Shown: positions 20,595 through 31,459, counted from the first letter of the stretch. The stretch is 64,000 nt of DNA from Cyanophyceae cyanobacterium (GCA_038321985.1 JBBQFN010000014.1:71287-135286), one strand, 5' to 3'. Notes: generated from the sequence alone by a model not told the origin. Translations and numbers: made by a program.

Positions 20595-21932
20595 TTAACC
20601 TTCAAAAGATAAGGCTTTGCCGCGAATCTCGGTATTGAGTTTTCCGTGACTGTAAACGATTTGACCGCCAACAATGGTTACAACGGGCCAGCCGGTGAGG
20701 TTCCAGCCCTCGAAGGAACTCCAGCCACATTTGCTGAGCACTTCTTCTCGTAAGACGGGACGATAGCGATTTAAGTCCACGAGGACTAAATCAGCATCAT
20801 AACCCGGGGCGATCGCCCCTTTGTTGGGAATTCCATACCCTTTGGCAACGGCAGTGGACATCCAGTTGGCGACTTGGGGGACTGTACAGCGTCCCTGCAT
20901 GGCTTGGGTCAGCATCAGGGGAAGGGAGGTTTCCACTCCGGGCATTCCCGAGGGGCTGTTGGGATACGGTTGGGCTTTTTCTTCTAAAGTATGGGGTGCA
21001 TGGTCCGTGGCAATAAAATCAATCACCCCATCAAGGAGTGCTTGCCAAAGAATTTCGTTATCCTGGGGCGATCGCAAGGGGGGATTCATTTGGGCGAGGG
21101 TGCCAATGGTTTCGTAGGCACTGGTATTGAGTAAGAGGTGTTGGGGCGTTACTTCGGCGGTGACCCAACTCGGCTTATCCTCGCGCAAGAGTAAGGCTTC
21201 ATCCCCCGTGGACAGATGTAAAATATGCAGGCGGCGCTGATATTTTTTAGACAGGCGTAATGCTCGTTTCGTAGCGATGAGGGCCGCTTGATTATCCTGG
21301 ATTTGAGAATGGACTGCCGGATCCGTGCGATCGCTAAACTGTTGACGGCGTTCGGCAAGACGGGCGCGATCTTCGGCGTGTACGGCGATTAGGCGATCGC
21401 CTTTGCTAAAAATCGCCTCTAGTGCCGACTCATCATCCACCAACAACGGACCCTTCATCGACCCCATAAAAATTTTAATCCCACAGGCGGGATGAGCTTC
21501 CACCAAATCCGGTAAATGCTCGGCCGTTGCCCCAATAAAAAAGCCATAATTAACTAAGGACGAACGAGCGGCCCGATTCAACTTATCATCCAGAGTGGCC
21601 TGGGTAGTCGTCAGAGGGCGTGTATTGGGCATCTCTAAGAAGGAAGTCACCCCTCCCCTGGCACAAGCGCAACTCGCGGTAAACAGGTCTTCCTTATATT
21701 CGAGTCCCGGTTCCCGAAAATGAACTTGGGGGTCAATTACCCCGGGCAACAAAGTCAATCCCGAGGCGTCAATCACCTCCAGATCCTCGGGAGTATCGGG
21801 ATTATCGGCCAAAACCTGAATATCCGGTGCGATCTGGCGGATTTTCCCCCCGTGGATGAGTACATCACCCCGTAAAAATTCCCCCTCTGGCTGTAAAATC
21901 CGCGCTTGTCGGATTAATAAATGGTCTTTCAT
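20595..21932 (-). CDS. pyrC: Dihydroorotase-family amidohydrolase
   Basis: PGVIDPQVHFREPG, EMPNT, HAED, MNPPLR, TDHAPH; start placed at ATG 21932 (the ORF is open to 21974). Confidence 0.8.
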   Translation of the reverse strand: MKDHLLIRQARILQPEGEFLRGDVLIHGGKIRQIAPDIQVLADNPDTPEDLEVIDASGLTLLPGVIDPQVHFREPGLEYKEDLFTASCACARGGVTSFLEMPNTRPLTTTQATLDDKLNRAARSSLVNYGFFIGATAEHLPDLVEAHPACGIKIFMGSMKGPLLVDDESALEAIFSKGDRLIAVHAEDRARLAERRQQFSDRTDPAVHSQIQDNQAALIATKRALRLSKKYQRRLHILHLSTGDEALLLREDKPSWVTAEVTPQHLLLNTSAYETIGTLAQMNPPLRSPQDNEILWQALLDGVIDFIATDHAPHTLEEKAQPYPNSPSGMPGVETSLPLMLTQAMQGRCTVPQVANWMSTAVAKGYGIPNKGAIAPGYDADLVLVDLNRYRPVLREEVLSKCGWSSFEGWNLTGWPVVTIVGGQIVYSHGKLNTEIRGKALSFEG

Positions 21933-22469
21933 GGTCAAGTTCCTCGTTATGTTGTTGAACCCTGGTTCGGTCAAGTAAAGGATATCCCCTTCAGAAATTT
22001 TATGGGGGGAGTCCGTTCGTTCCCCTAGTTGCCAAAATCAGACCGACATTTTACACTGGTAAGTAGTGGGCATTGATACAGTAAACGGTGGATGTTGGGG
22101 CGTTATTCTCTCTCTTCCCGGATCGAGGGGCTAGATCTTCGTACTCCCAGCTTAACTGGGATTTTCAGGTTAATTTTTTAGACCTGACTTAGACAGGAGT
22201 GATGGACGAAGAAAGAGGGGAAAAGCCGAAACATTTCAATCCCAGTTAGATAAACATCAATCTATGACACTTCTGAGTCAATCCTTAAGTAACCCAACTA
22301 ATCTGTTGGTTAGAAATAGACAGAAGATTGGGTTTATAATTGATAGTTAAAGGTTCACTGGAGTAGACCCCGTTTAAAATTGGCTCTACTTCTACAGGGA
22401 GATGAAATTTCCCGCCCACCCCAATATTGTGTTAAAAACCAGCAGCACTATTAGGTCAAAAGTTCAAAC

Positions 22470-23099
22470 ATGACTCGTGCAAAAGAAACCGTGTCCGATA
22501 CAAATTCTCAGCCAATTCCCCCTAGTCAGCCTGAACAGAGTCCAGAAAATCCTTGGGTAGAAGCAGTTAAAACCATTGGATTGAGTGCGATTTTAGCAAT
22601 AGGGATTCGTCACTTTGTGGCTGAGGCACGCTACATTCCATCTGGTTCGATGCTACCGACCTTAGAAGTTAACGATCGCCTGATTATAGATAAGTTAAGC
22701 TATCGCTTCACGAGTCCAGAACGAGGGGATATCGTCGTGTTTTCTCCGACGGAAAAGCTCCAAAAAGAAAATTTTAAAGATGCCTTTATCAAGCGGGTGA
22801 TTGGTCTGCCGGGGGAAACAGTTGAAGTCAAAGGAGAACGGGTTTACATTAATAATATCCCCATCCAAGAGCGATATATTGAGGAAGACCCCCATTACCA
22901 GTATGGGCCAGTGACGGTTCCGGATGATGAATATTTGGTGCTTGGGGATAATCGAAATAATAGCTACGATAGTCACTACTGGGGTTTTGTCCCGAAGGAC
23001 AAAATTATTGGTCGTGCGGTGATTAGGTTCTGGCCCCCAAACCGGATGGGAGAATTAAATCCACAGCCGGTTTATATCCAAGAGTCTGAAAGCGAGTAG
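22470..23099 (+). CDS. lepB: Signal peptidase I
   Basis: [10 protein letters not shown] (catalytic Ser), FIKRVIG (catalytic Lys), [10 protein letters not shown]. Confidence 0.95.
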   Translation: MTRAKETVSDTNSQPIPPSQPEQSPENPWVEAVKTIGLSAILAIGIRHFVAEARYIPSGSMLPTLEVNDRLIIDKLSYRFTSPERGDIVVFSPTEKLQKENFKDAFIKRVIGLPGETVEVKGERVYINNIPIQERYIEEDPHYQYGPVTVPDDEYLVLGDNRNNSYDSHYWGFVPKDKIIGRAVIRFWPPNRMGELNPQPVYIQESESE

Positions 23100-23273
23100 T
23101 GGGGAGGGGGATTCCGGCTGTTGCCATCGTGACGCAGCGATCGCCGGATTAAAACAGCCTCTCTAAACTGCGGCAGTTTGTAGGAAGACCGGGTATTTTT
23201 CTGGTTTTACCGCTTTTGAAATTCTCGGCTATCAAACATTACCCATTGTTAATTTTTAAAATCTCTAGTCCAG

Positions 23274-23308
23274 GGTAGCGATCTCAGTCTCGGCGATCGC
23301 TACCTTTT
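23274..23308 (+). terminator. Hairpin followed by a T-tract
   Basis: GGTAGCGATC...GATCGCTACC-TTTT. Confidence 0.5.
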
Positions 23309-23422
23309 GGTTTATGATTATTGCACAAATGTTCAATCGCGATCGCCCCAATAGTGGCTAACGCATCTGCAAACTAATTCTACTGTTTAGGCGTCGGTGT
23401 TGACCGGCGATATGCCTCGATC

Positions 23423-24832
23423 GTGCCAAATCAACCCCATTCCGACCTAGTGAAGCCCGTATTTTTTGAAGGCAGTTATCGAGATCTGCGCGTAGAATCG
23501 ACCCTGGGAGAATTACCCCTGTTTGATTTTCAGGTAGATATAACCCGCCGCTGCTGTGATGTCGTTCGCACTTTTGAACAATATCCCCTTCTGACTGGGG
23601 TGATTTTGCGAGATGCGGGAGAATTTGTGGGCATGATTTCTCGACAGCGACTGTTAGAATATCTGATCCGTCCGCGCGCTAGTGAGTTGTTTTTAAATGC
23701 TCCCTTGCAAATGCTTTACAGCTACGCACGGACCCAAATTATGCTATTAGCTTCCCAAACGACTATTGTCCAAGCGGCGCGGCAGGCATTACGCCGATCG
23801 CCGGAATTATTAGGCGAACCTCTCGTCGTCCAAACCAGTTCGGATCAGTATCTGTTACTAAATATTCATGAGTTGAATTTAGCCTATTGGCAAATTAGGG
23901 GCATTGAAACTCAATTGCGTTTTGAACACATTCAAGCGCAACTGGTGCAAACGGACAAAATGGCAAGTTTGGGACGGTTGGTAGATGGGGTGGCCCATGA
24001 AATTCTCGACCCGGTAGGATTTATTTGGGGAAATTTAACCTACGTTGCCAGCTATTCTGAGGAGTTAATGGAGTTGGTGGCAGCCTATCAAAAATATTTA
24101 CCTCAGTCTGTGCCCGAAATTGAGGATCTCCAGGAAGAGATTGAATATGATTTTTTAAAAGAAGATTTGCCTCGGGCGATCGCCAGTCTCAAAAACGGGG
24201 CCGATCGATTAAAACAGTTAGCCACCAGCTTGCAGAATTTTTGTCACATTGATGAAGTCTATCCCAAGCCTGCTGATATTCATGCTTGTATTGATAGTGT
24301 TTTGTTGCTTTTAAAAAGCCGAATTAGTGGCGAAATCGAAATTATTAGAAATTATGGTCATTTACCCCCAATCTCCTGTTATGCTTCTCAATTAAATCAA
24401 GTTTTTATTAACATTTTAAGTAAAACTATTGATGGTTTAATTCATGAAGCCGTTCATCAAAAATTTTCGTTGGAGTTCAGCGAAGCGGGATTTAGAGCTA
24501 AACCTCAACCTTTTCCTACAAAATCTCGCATTTTAATTTCCACTGAATTAATATCTCGACCGGCCCCAACATCAAATCAGCCGGATTCCCGATGGGTTTC
24601 TATTAAAATTTCTGATAATGGTTTGGGGATTCCTCAAGCTAAAATTGATGAAATTTTAGCCTCGTTTGGACAGTCGAAACTGGTTGAAAAAGAAACTAGC
24701 TTTGCAGTGAGTTATTGGATTGTAACCGCCAAACATGGGGGAGAACTTTATCTGCGATCGCGCACGATTAGTTCGGAAGATTTACCTCCAGAGATTGGAA
24801 CCGAGTTTGAAATTATCTTACCCGGAATTTAA
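23423..24832 (+). CDS. Histidine-kinase-like protein with a CBS-like N-terminus and a degenerate ATPase domain
   Basis: H-box GVAHEILDP and G1 ISDNGLGI present; N, F and G2 boxes degenerate. Confidence 0.8.
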   Translation: MPNQPHSDLVKPVFFEGSYRDLRVESTLGELPLFDFQVDITRRCCDVVRTFEQYPLLTGVILRDAGEFVGMISRQRLLEYLIRPRASELFLNAPLQMLYSYARTQIMLLASQTTIVQAARQALRRSPELLGEPLVVQTSSDQYLLLNIHELNLAYWQIRGIETQLRFEHIQAQLVQTDKMASLGRLVDGVAHEILDPVGFIWGNLTYVASYSEELMELVAAYQKYLPQSVPEIEDLQEEIEYDFLKEDLPRAIASLKNGADRLKQLATSLQNFCHIDEVYPKPADIHACIDSVLLLLKSRISGEIEIIRNYGHLPPISCYASQLNQVFINILSKTIDGLIHEAVHQKFSLEFSEAGFRAKPQPFPTKSRILISTELISRPAPTSNQPDSRWVSIKISDNGLGIPQAKIDEILASFGQSKLVEKETSFAVSYWIVTAKHGGELYLRSRTISSEDLPPEIGTEFEIILPGI

Positions 24833-25151
24833 CATTACCGTTCGATTCATTATTCCTCGGTAAGGGTTAGCCGGACTGGGTTTTTTCCTAAAGTGCGGGG
24901 AGTAGAAATGACAGGTTACGGCTGCTTAATTCACCTCTCCATAATTCCCACTAGCTAATATCCTCCCTCTTGACACCGGAAAATATAGTTCTATGTGAGA
25001 GGAGGAGACATTGAAGAGGAGACATTTTTAGAGAACCCTTAATTTTTGTGACAGCGTAAGCTTTATAATTGATGAAATAGAAAGGTCACTATAAAAGCAA
25101 CGTATCCAAGATTAGTTTAGTGTAGAAAATTTTAGGGGAGGCAGTGACATC

Positions 25152-27875
25152 ATGAATGGCAAACCCCAAATAGTTCAACAGGAATCCTGGGAAGAAAGGA
25201 TGGATGGATCAAATCAAGGGCAGAAACTAGATATTCAACCCAGCCGATCGCCTGAAACGGCTGGCCCTGCTTGCTTTTTAACCGACGGGAGAGTACAAGC
25301 CTGGGGCGATCGCGACCAGTGGCAGTGGCTGAAACCCTTAATCGAAACCATTCCTGAAAGCATCATCCTCAAAGATGAGCGGGGCTGCTGGTTACTTGCC
25401 AACGCCGCCGTATTGAAGCTATTTCAGTTAACCGGAGTTGAATATAGGGGTAAAACTAACCGCCAGTTGAGTCGAGAGAATCCCGGCGCTCAAGAAATCT
25501 TGAACGCCGATGCCGAATCTGATGAAACCGCTTGGGAACTCTCTACCCCGATTTATAACTGCGTAGAATTTCAAACCCTTTCCGGGGGCCTCCAGGCTGT
25601 TGAGATCAAAAAAACGCCGCTTTTTAACAGCGATGGGACCAGGCAAGGGACCATTGCCGTAGTCTGGGACCTGGAGACGGTGGCCCATCGTCTCCAGGTT
25701 GAAGCGTCCTCCCGAGGAAACCCGAGCAAAAATCGGGACTTAATCGAGACGATCCCCGATGTAATGCTTTATTTAAAAGCAGACGGCACGATTTTGGACT
25801 GCAAAAATGTCTCGGAACAGAACTCCGCCATTTCGCCCAATTTTGAAACGGGGTTTTCTATCTATGAAGTGTGGCCCTTATCTATCGCTACGGAAGCGAT
25901 GCAATATATTCGGCAAGCCCTGGAAACAGGGGCAGTACAAACTTGGGAATATCAGTTAACAATTAATGGGAACTCTTACACTCGGGAAGCGCGGATTATG
26001 GCCTGTGCCCAAGAGCGGGTGGTGGCAATTTTGAGAGATATCACGGAGCGAAAACAGGCGGAAGCAGCCCTAGAGTATGTAGCTCAAGCGGTGGAAAGCG
26101 CCAGTGATGCGATCGCCATCTCTGATGCCAACGGCAATCATATTTACCACAATTTGGCCTTTTCGACCCTGTTTGAGTACGGCAGTGTTGAAGAGTTGAA
26201 GGCAGCAGGGGGTCCGGCAGTCCTCTATACCAACTCAGCCGTAGCACAGGAAATCTTTGAGGCGATCGCCCCGGGCCAATCTTGGATTGGCTCTGTAGAA
26301 CAGCGCACCCGTAGCGGTAAAATCGTTCAGGTTTTACTGCGAGCCGATGCCATTAAAGACCCCACAGGTAAAATTATCGGACGGATTGGGATTAGCACCA
26401 ATCTGACGGAACAAAAACAGGTTGAGGCGGCACTGCAACAATCCAGACAAAAATTGTCTCTGCACCTAGAACAAACCCCTTTAGCCGTAGTGGAATTCAA
26501 CCTCCACGGAGAAATTGTGGAATGGAATCCGGCTGCCGAAGCAATTTTTGGGTATAGCAAAACTGAAATTCTGGGACAGGGGATAGCACTACTATTTCCG
26601 GCAACGGACGAAGCAGATGTGGGTCAACGGTGGCAGGACCTTTTAGCTCAAAAGGGTGGTGCTTGCTCAATTTGCGAAAATGTAACGAAAGATGGCGGTA
26701 CAACAATTTGCGAGTGGTACACTACGCCCTTGATTGATCGCGAGGGGGAGATAGTCGGCGTGGCTTCTCTGGCGCAAGATATCACCGAACGGGTGCGGGC
26801 AGAGGAAGCAATTCACCACCAGTCCCAGCGGGAACGACTGGTCAGGGGGACCCAAGCCCGGATTCGCCAATCTTTGAATTTAGAAGAAATTTTGAATACG
26901 GCAGTCTCGGAAGTGAGACAATTTCTGGACTGCGATCGGGTGGTGGTCTATCAAATTTGGCCGGACCAGTCTGGGAGTGTGGTCACAGAATCCGTGGTTC
27001 CTCCCTGGCCAACGATGCTGGGAGAAAGTTTTGGGGAAGAAATTTTCCCCCCGAGTTGTTATGATCGCTACACTCATGGCAAGGTGAAGGCGATCAATGA
27101 TCTCAAGGCAGAAAATTCTCCCGAGTGTTTGATTGAATTTTTGCAATTGTATGGGGTGAATGGAAAAATGATTGCGCCGTTGTTACATGAAAACCGCCTG
27201 TGGGGTTTGCTGGTGGCGCATCAATGTAATGGGATTCATAAGTGGCAACCTTTTGAAATTAGTGTATTTGAGCAGTTGTCCGCTCAACTGGCGATCGCCA
27301 TTCAACAATCGACCCTATTTAAACAGTTGGAAGCGGCTAATGAAGAATTACAGCGTCTGGCTTCCTTGGATGGATTGACTCACGTCGCCAATCGTCGCGC
27401 TTTTGATCAGGGTCTCAATCGGGAATGGCGGCGAACGATTCGCGAGCATTCAATGATGTCTCTAATTTTGTGTGATATTGATTTTTTTAAGTTATATAAT
27501 GATACTTACGGTCATCAAGCTGGGGATACTTGTTTGAAAAAAGTTGCCTTGGCGATCGCCACTGCGGTGAAGCGACCCGCTGATTTAGTGGCTCGGTATG
27601 GGGGAGAGGAATTTGCCGTTGTGCTTCCCAATACCCATGCACAAGGAGCAATGCAAGTGGCGCAGACTATCCGAAATCAGGTCAAAGCGTTGCTGATTCC
27701 TCATTCTCAATCCCCTCTGGGTTATATTTCGATTAGTCTGGGGGTTGCAGTTACTTTACCCCGGCCTCAAGACTCGGTGGAGAAGTTGCTGATGAGTGCG
27801 GACCGTGCATTGTACGAGGCTAAATCTCAAGGCCGCGATCGCGCGGTGCTAAAAAAATATTCGGCCTCCACTTAA
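25152..27875 (+). CDS. Multi-PAS, GAF (cyanobacteriochrome-type), GGDEF diguanylate cyclase
   Basis: Four PAS-like segments (two ending in DITER), GAF with LWGLLVAHQC, DGLT..ANRR, DIDFFK.YND.YGH, RPAD I-site, GGEEF. Confidence 0.92.
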   Translation: MNGKPQIVQQESWEERMDGSNQGQKLDIQPSRSPETAGPACFLTDGRVQAWGDRDQWQWLKPLIETIPESIILKDERGCWLLANAAVLKLFQLTGVEYRGKTNRQLSRENPGAQEILNADAESDETAWELSTPIYNCVEFQTLSGGLQAVEIKKTPLFNSDGTRQGTIAVVWDLETVAHRLQVEASSRGNPSKNRDLIETIPDVMLYLKADGTILDCKNVSEQNSAISPNFETGFSIYEVWPLSIATEAMQYIRQALETGAVQTWEYQLTINGNSYTREARIMACAQERVVAILRDITERKQAEAALEYVAQAVESASDAIAISDANGNHIYHNLAFSTLFEYGSVEELKAAGGPAVLYTNSAVAQEIFEAIAPGQSWIGSVEQRTRSGKIVQVLLRADAIKDPTGKIIGRIGISTNLTEQKQVEAALQQSRQKLSLHLEQTPLAVVEFNLHGEIVEWNPAAEAIFGYSKTEILGQGIALLFPATDEADVGQRWQDLLAQKGGACSICENVTKDGGTTICEWYTTPLIDREGEIVGVASLAQDITERVRAEEAIHHQSQRERLVRGTQARIRQSLNLEEILNTAVSEVRQFLDCDRVVVYQIWPDQSGSVVTESVVPPWPTMLGESFGEEIFPPSCYDRYTHGKVKAINDLKAENSPECLIEFLQLYGVNGKMIAPLLHENRLWGLLVAHQCNGIHKWQPFEISVFEQLSAQLAIAIQQSTLFKQLEAANEELQRLASLDGLTHVANRRAFDQGLNREWRRTIREHSMMSLILCDIDFFKLYNDTYGHQAGDTCLKKVALAIATAVKRPADLVARYGGEEFAVVLPNTHAQGAMQVAQTIRNQVKALLIPHSQSPLGYISISLGVAVTLPRPQDSVEKLLMSADRALYEAKSQGRDRAVLKKYSAST

Positions 27876-28078
27876 AGGGTTGCTAGCTCTCAGATTGAAT
27901 TGAAATAGCTTATATGGGCGGGATTAAAACAGGAGGAAACCCTCAATTATAAGCCCGGTAAAACGGTGATATAGTATGCTTATTATCTGCATCTTAATCC
28001 CTTGGTAACTGCCAAGGGAGCAGGGTAATTCCAGGACAAGTCTGATTAGACATAGAATAAGCCAGTGAGGAAACCGGA

Positions 28079-29008
28079 ATGAGTCGCGGAATTTATATCG
28101 TTGCAAATGATAAAGTCACTGAACAAGCGATCGCCCTGCTTAACAGTATCCGATTTTACGATCCAGATGTGCCTGTAGTGATGATTCCCTATGACGAAAC
28201 CTATCAACAGGTGGCTCACCTTTTAGGAGATAAGTTTGGCCTCACAGTTTATGAAGATTTAGATTTTATTAAACGATTATCCCAAAAACTCCAAGATATT
28301 TTTGGTAGCCAGTTTTTTGCCCGACCCAATCAATTTAGAAAACAAGCCTGTTGGTTCGGACCTTTCGACGAATTCTTATATATTGATACTGATATTGTCG
28401 TTTTTGAAAAAATTATTGATAATTTAAATTATCTGCAAGACCAAGATTTTATTTGTTGCGATTATCAATATGCGGGGGGAATTACCAATGTATTTACACC
28501 AAAAGTTATTGAAAATCAAGTCTTCACCCCAGAAGAGCTAAAAAGTATTTTTAATGGCGGATTTTGGGCATCAAAAAAAGGATTACTTTCTGAGCAGGAT
28601 TTATACGATACCTTTGCCGAATGTGCCGCCCATCCTGAATATTTCGATTTTTCGCAAAAGACCTCAGACCAGCCGATTATCAACTACATGATTTTAAAAC
28701 GCGTTAAGCGCCGGTTTAACATCGTCCACCGACCCGAAATGGCAGCAGGAAACTGGGCGGGAACGAAAAAGTTTCAACCGATCGAGGGATATAAACTCTT
28801 CGATCCCGATAACCGCCAACCTCTGCAATATTTGCACTGGGCCGGAATTCGCATTCAACCGGGATGTCCCTACTGGAAAATTTGGGAACATTATCGTTAC
28901 TTAAATGAACCCAAACCCAGCTTTTCGGAACCCAAAGCTGAGAAAAAAAGTTTTTTGAATTCTCTAGGCGATCGCCTCAGAAAAATTAAAGCAAAACTAG
29001 GAGTTTGA
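28079..29008 (+). CDS. Npun_R2821/R2822-like nucleotide-sugar transferase-fold protein
   Basis: GIYIVAND, GPFDEFLYIDTDI (DxD), DQPIINY, YLHWAG; GT-A-like motifs. Confidence 0.7.
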   Translation: MSRGIYIVANDKVTEQAIALLNSIRFYDPDVPVVMIPYDETYQQVAHLLGDKFGLTVYEDLDFIKRLSQKLQDIFGSQFFARPNQFRKQACWFGPFDEFLYIDTDIVVFEKIIDNLNYLQDQDFICCDYQYAGGITNVFTPKVIENQVFTPEELKSIFNGGFWASKKGLLSEQDLYDTFAECAAHPEYFDFSQKTSDQPIINYMILKRVKRRFNIVHRPEMAAGNWAGTKKFQPIEGYKLFDPDNRQPLQYLHWAGIRIQPGCPYWKIWEHYRYLNEPKPSFSEPKAEKKSFLNSLGDRLRKIKAKLGV

Positions 29009-29067
29009 AAAACCCCCACTTTTTAAAACAGAAGAGGTTTTAATTAACCTGATTAACCTCAAAAAAA

Positions 29068-29100
29068 GAAAAGGAAAAAGCAACCTGCTTTTCCCCTTTT
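29068..29100. terminator. Probable bidirectional terminator
   Basis: AAAAGGAAAAAGCA-ACC-TGCTTTTCCCCTTTT between convergent genes. Confidence 0.55.
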
Positions 29101-29144
29101 AGTCCGGTTATAACCAAAATACCGGCTGATGATTGAACGGGAAT

Positions 29145-29522
29145 TTATTCCCAGGAATCTAGGTCTAAAGCTTTGGAACCGCCTCGTTGGAGTTGCATCA
29201 AGAGATTACCCAACTGTGACCAAACGAGCCAAGCCGTCAAAAGGGTTAAGGGTAAAGCAAAAACGTAGGAAATAAACACATTAAATCCGAAAACCTGCAA
29301 CCCAGAAGCGAGAAAGACACAAATACCCATAGCCATTCCCAAAAAGGGCAGTTGTAATTCCATACCTCTAGCTTGAGAGAGGCTGCGGGTTGAGCGATTC
29401 CGAGACCAGGCTTGCACCAATTGGGTGAGGGTGGCATAGAAAGCTGTTCCCGAGGCGATCGCAGCGATAAAAGCAGCGGTTAACAGGAAATAAGGTGGCT
29501 CTGGATAGGGAAAGTTAGGCAC
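29145..29522 (-). CDS. Small membrane protein, function unknown
   Basis: Three hydrophobic helices, AGGAG SD, C-terminal GGSKALDLD. Confidence 0.75.
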   Translation of the reverse strand: MPNFPYPEPPYFLLTAAFIAAIASGTAFYATLTQLVQAWSRNRSTRSLSQARGMELQLPFLGMAMGICVFLASGLQVFGFNVFISYVFALPLTLLTAWLVWSQLGNLLMQLQRGGSKALDLDSWE

Positions 29523-29704
29523 GAATCTCTCCTACAAGACTGTCTACTCAGAAGGGTCAACTATCAACGGTAAAGGGGAAAGGCTCATGTGTAAAGAGGA
29601 AAGCGCCCCGGGAGAATCAAAAATTCCGATTCTTCCTAGGCGCGATCGCATGGATGTTATTGTTTATCCTGGATTCTGCCAGCTTTCGTGGGGATTTACC
29701 CGGG

Positions 29705-31459
29705 TTACTTTTCGTCGAAGAAGGGGATTCCCGTTGGCATGGAGGGTAGCAAAGCCGCAGCGCCTTCCCGAGAGAAATCGGCCAAAGCCCCCCAAGCGGC
29801 ATCTAATAGCCGAGTGGGTTGGATATCTTCCTTGATCAAGTTCCACAGGCGGCGGACTTCTTCAGTATGGAGTTTGTCATCTTCTACTAACGCCAGTAAG
29901 ATTTGACGACGCAGAAATTCTCCTTCTTCTGATAAGAGATAGCGCAGACCTAACTCCGCAGTGGGGATAATATCAAAATTGTTATCGGAACGGGCGATCG
30001 CAATTAAGTTTTCCAGGCGATTCCACTGGAATTTACCATCCTTAAATAACACATCAATCAATCGCCGTCGCAACTGGGGAGATTCTCCTGCCAGTAATCG
30101 CCGCGCGATATAAGGATAGGCCACATCTACGATTTTGAAATCAGGATCCATCGTCAGGGCCAACCCTTCCTGAGTCACGAGGGAGCGAATAATCAGGGCA
30201 AACTTAGCCGGGACCCGGAAGGGATACTCATACATCAACTCCGAGAAGCGATCGGTAATGGTCTTAAAGTTGAAATCCCGCACACTTTGGCCTAGGATAT
30301 CTCCTAAGACTGCTTCTATAGCCGGGACAATCGGCCAGATATCCGTATCGGGGGTTAAAAATCCTAGCTTGACAAATTGTTCGGCTAATTCTACATAGTC
30401 TTTATTAATCAGATGGACGATCGCCTCAACAAGGTTTTCTTTGGTTATTTCGTCCAACTGATCCATCATGCCAAAATCAATGTAGGCCATGCGACCATCA
30501 GCTAAACCAAATAAATTCCCTGGATGCGGGTCGGCATGGAAAAAGCCAAACTCCAAAAGCTGCTGCAACCCACTGGTGACACCTATTTCGATTAAAGCAT
30601 TGGTGTCAATTCCTGCCGCTTGCATGGTTTGAATGTCGTTGAGCTTGTACCCCTCAATCCACTCCAGAGTTAGGACGTTATTGCTGCTGTAGCGCCAGAA
30701 AATGCTGGGAACTTTGACTTGGGGATTCGCGCTGAAGTTGGTTGCAAATTTTTCGGCATTGCGTCCCTCATTCAGATAATCGACTTCTTCAAAGAGTTTA
30801 GTCCCAAATTCATCCACAATCAACCCGAGGTCATGGCCTAAATTCAACGGCAGCCAAGGTCCAACGGCCTTGGCCCCCCAGCGCATTAGGAATAGGTCCA
30901 AGGTAAGGACGGGTTTAAGGTTGGGGCGCTGTACTTTTACCGCCACTTTTTCGCCACTGTGCAGATAGGCTTGATACACTTGGCCCAAACTGGCTGCGGC
31001 AACGGGTTGGGGGGTAATTTGAGCAAAAAGTTCTTCGACGCTTTTTTCGAGTTCTCGCTCGATGATGCGGTAGGCGACTGCACTATCAAAGGAAGGGAGT
31101 TGGTCTTGTAGCTTGGTTAGTTCATCTAGGAAGTCCTTGCGGATCAAATCCGGACGGGTGGAAAGGGCTTGACCTACTTTGATGAATGTGGGTCCTAGGG
31201 CGGTTAATATTTTCTGTAGCTGTATCGCTCTTTTTGGTCTTTTTTGTTCCGCTTGGTTTGTCCACTCATCCCACTTTAAGCCCAAAATAAAACTAGACAA
31301 ATACCAAATAACGGTGATGGCTCTCCAGATCACTTTCCAGGGACGGGAGCGATAGTAACTGGCGATCGCTTGCGGATCATACCGCCGCATCTGGGCTATG
31401 GTTTTAGAACTCACGCCTTTTGTTGCCTCTAATACTCGGGTTGGATCTGAAATAACCAC
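29705..31459 (-). CDS. ABC1/AarF/UbiB atypical kinase
   Basis: LGPTFIKVGQ, AAASLGQVY, VAVKVQRP, FFHADPHPGN, DFG. Confidence 0.93.
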   Translation of the reverse strand: MVISDPTRVLEATKGVSSKTIAQMRRYDPQAIASYYRSRPWKVIWRAITVIWYLSSFILGLKWDEWTNQAEQKRPKRAIQLQKILTALGPTFIKVGQALSTRPDLIRKDFLDELTKLQDQLPSFDSAVAYRIIERELEKSVEELFAQITPQPVAAASLGQVYQAYLHSGEKVAVKVQRPNLKPVLTLDLFLMRWGAKAVGPWLPLNLGHDLGLIVDEFGTKLFEEVDYLNEGRNAEKFATNFSANPQVKVPSIFWRYSSNNVLTLEWIEGYKLNDIQTMQAAGIDTNALIEIGVTSGLQQLLEFGFFHADPHPGNLFGLADGRMAYIDFGMMDQLDEITKENLVEAIVHLINKDYVELAEQFVKLGFLTPDTDIWPIVPAIEAVLGDILGQSVRDFNFKTITDRFSELMYEYPFRVPAKFALIIRSLVTQEGLALTMDPDFKIVDVAYPYIARRLLAGESPQLRRRLIDVLFKDGKFQWNRLENLIAIARSDNNFDIIPTAELGLRYLLSEEGEFLRRQILLALVEDDKLHTEEVRRLWNLIKEDIQPTRLLDAAWGALADFSREGAAALLPSMPTGIPFFDEK

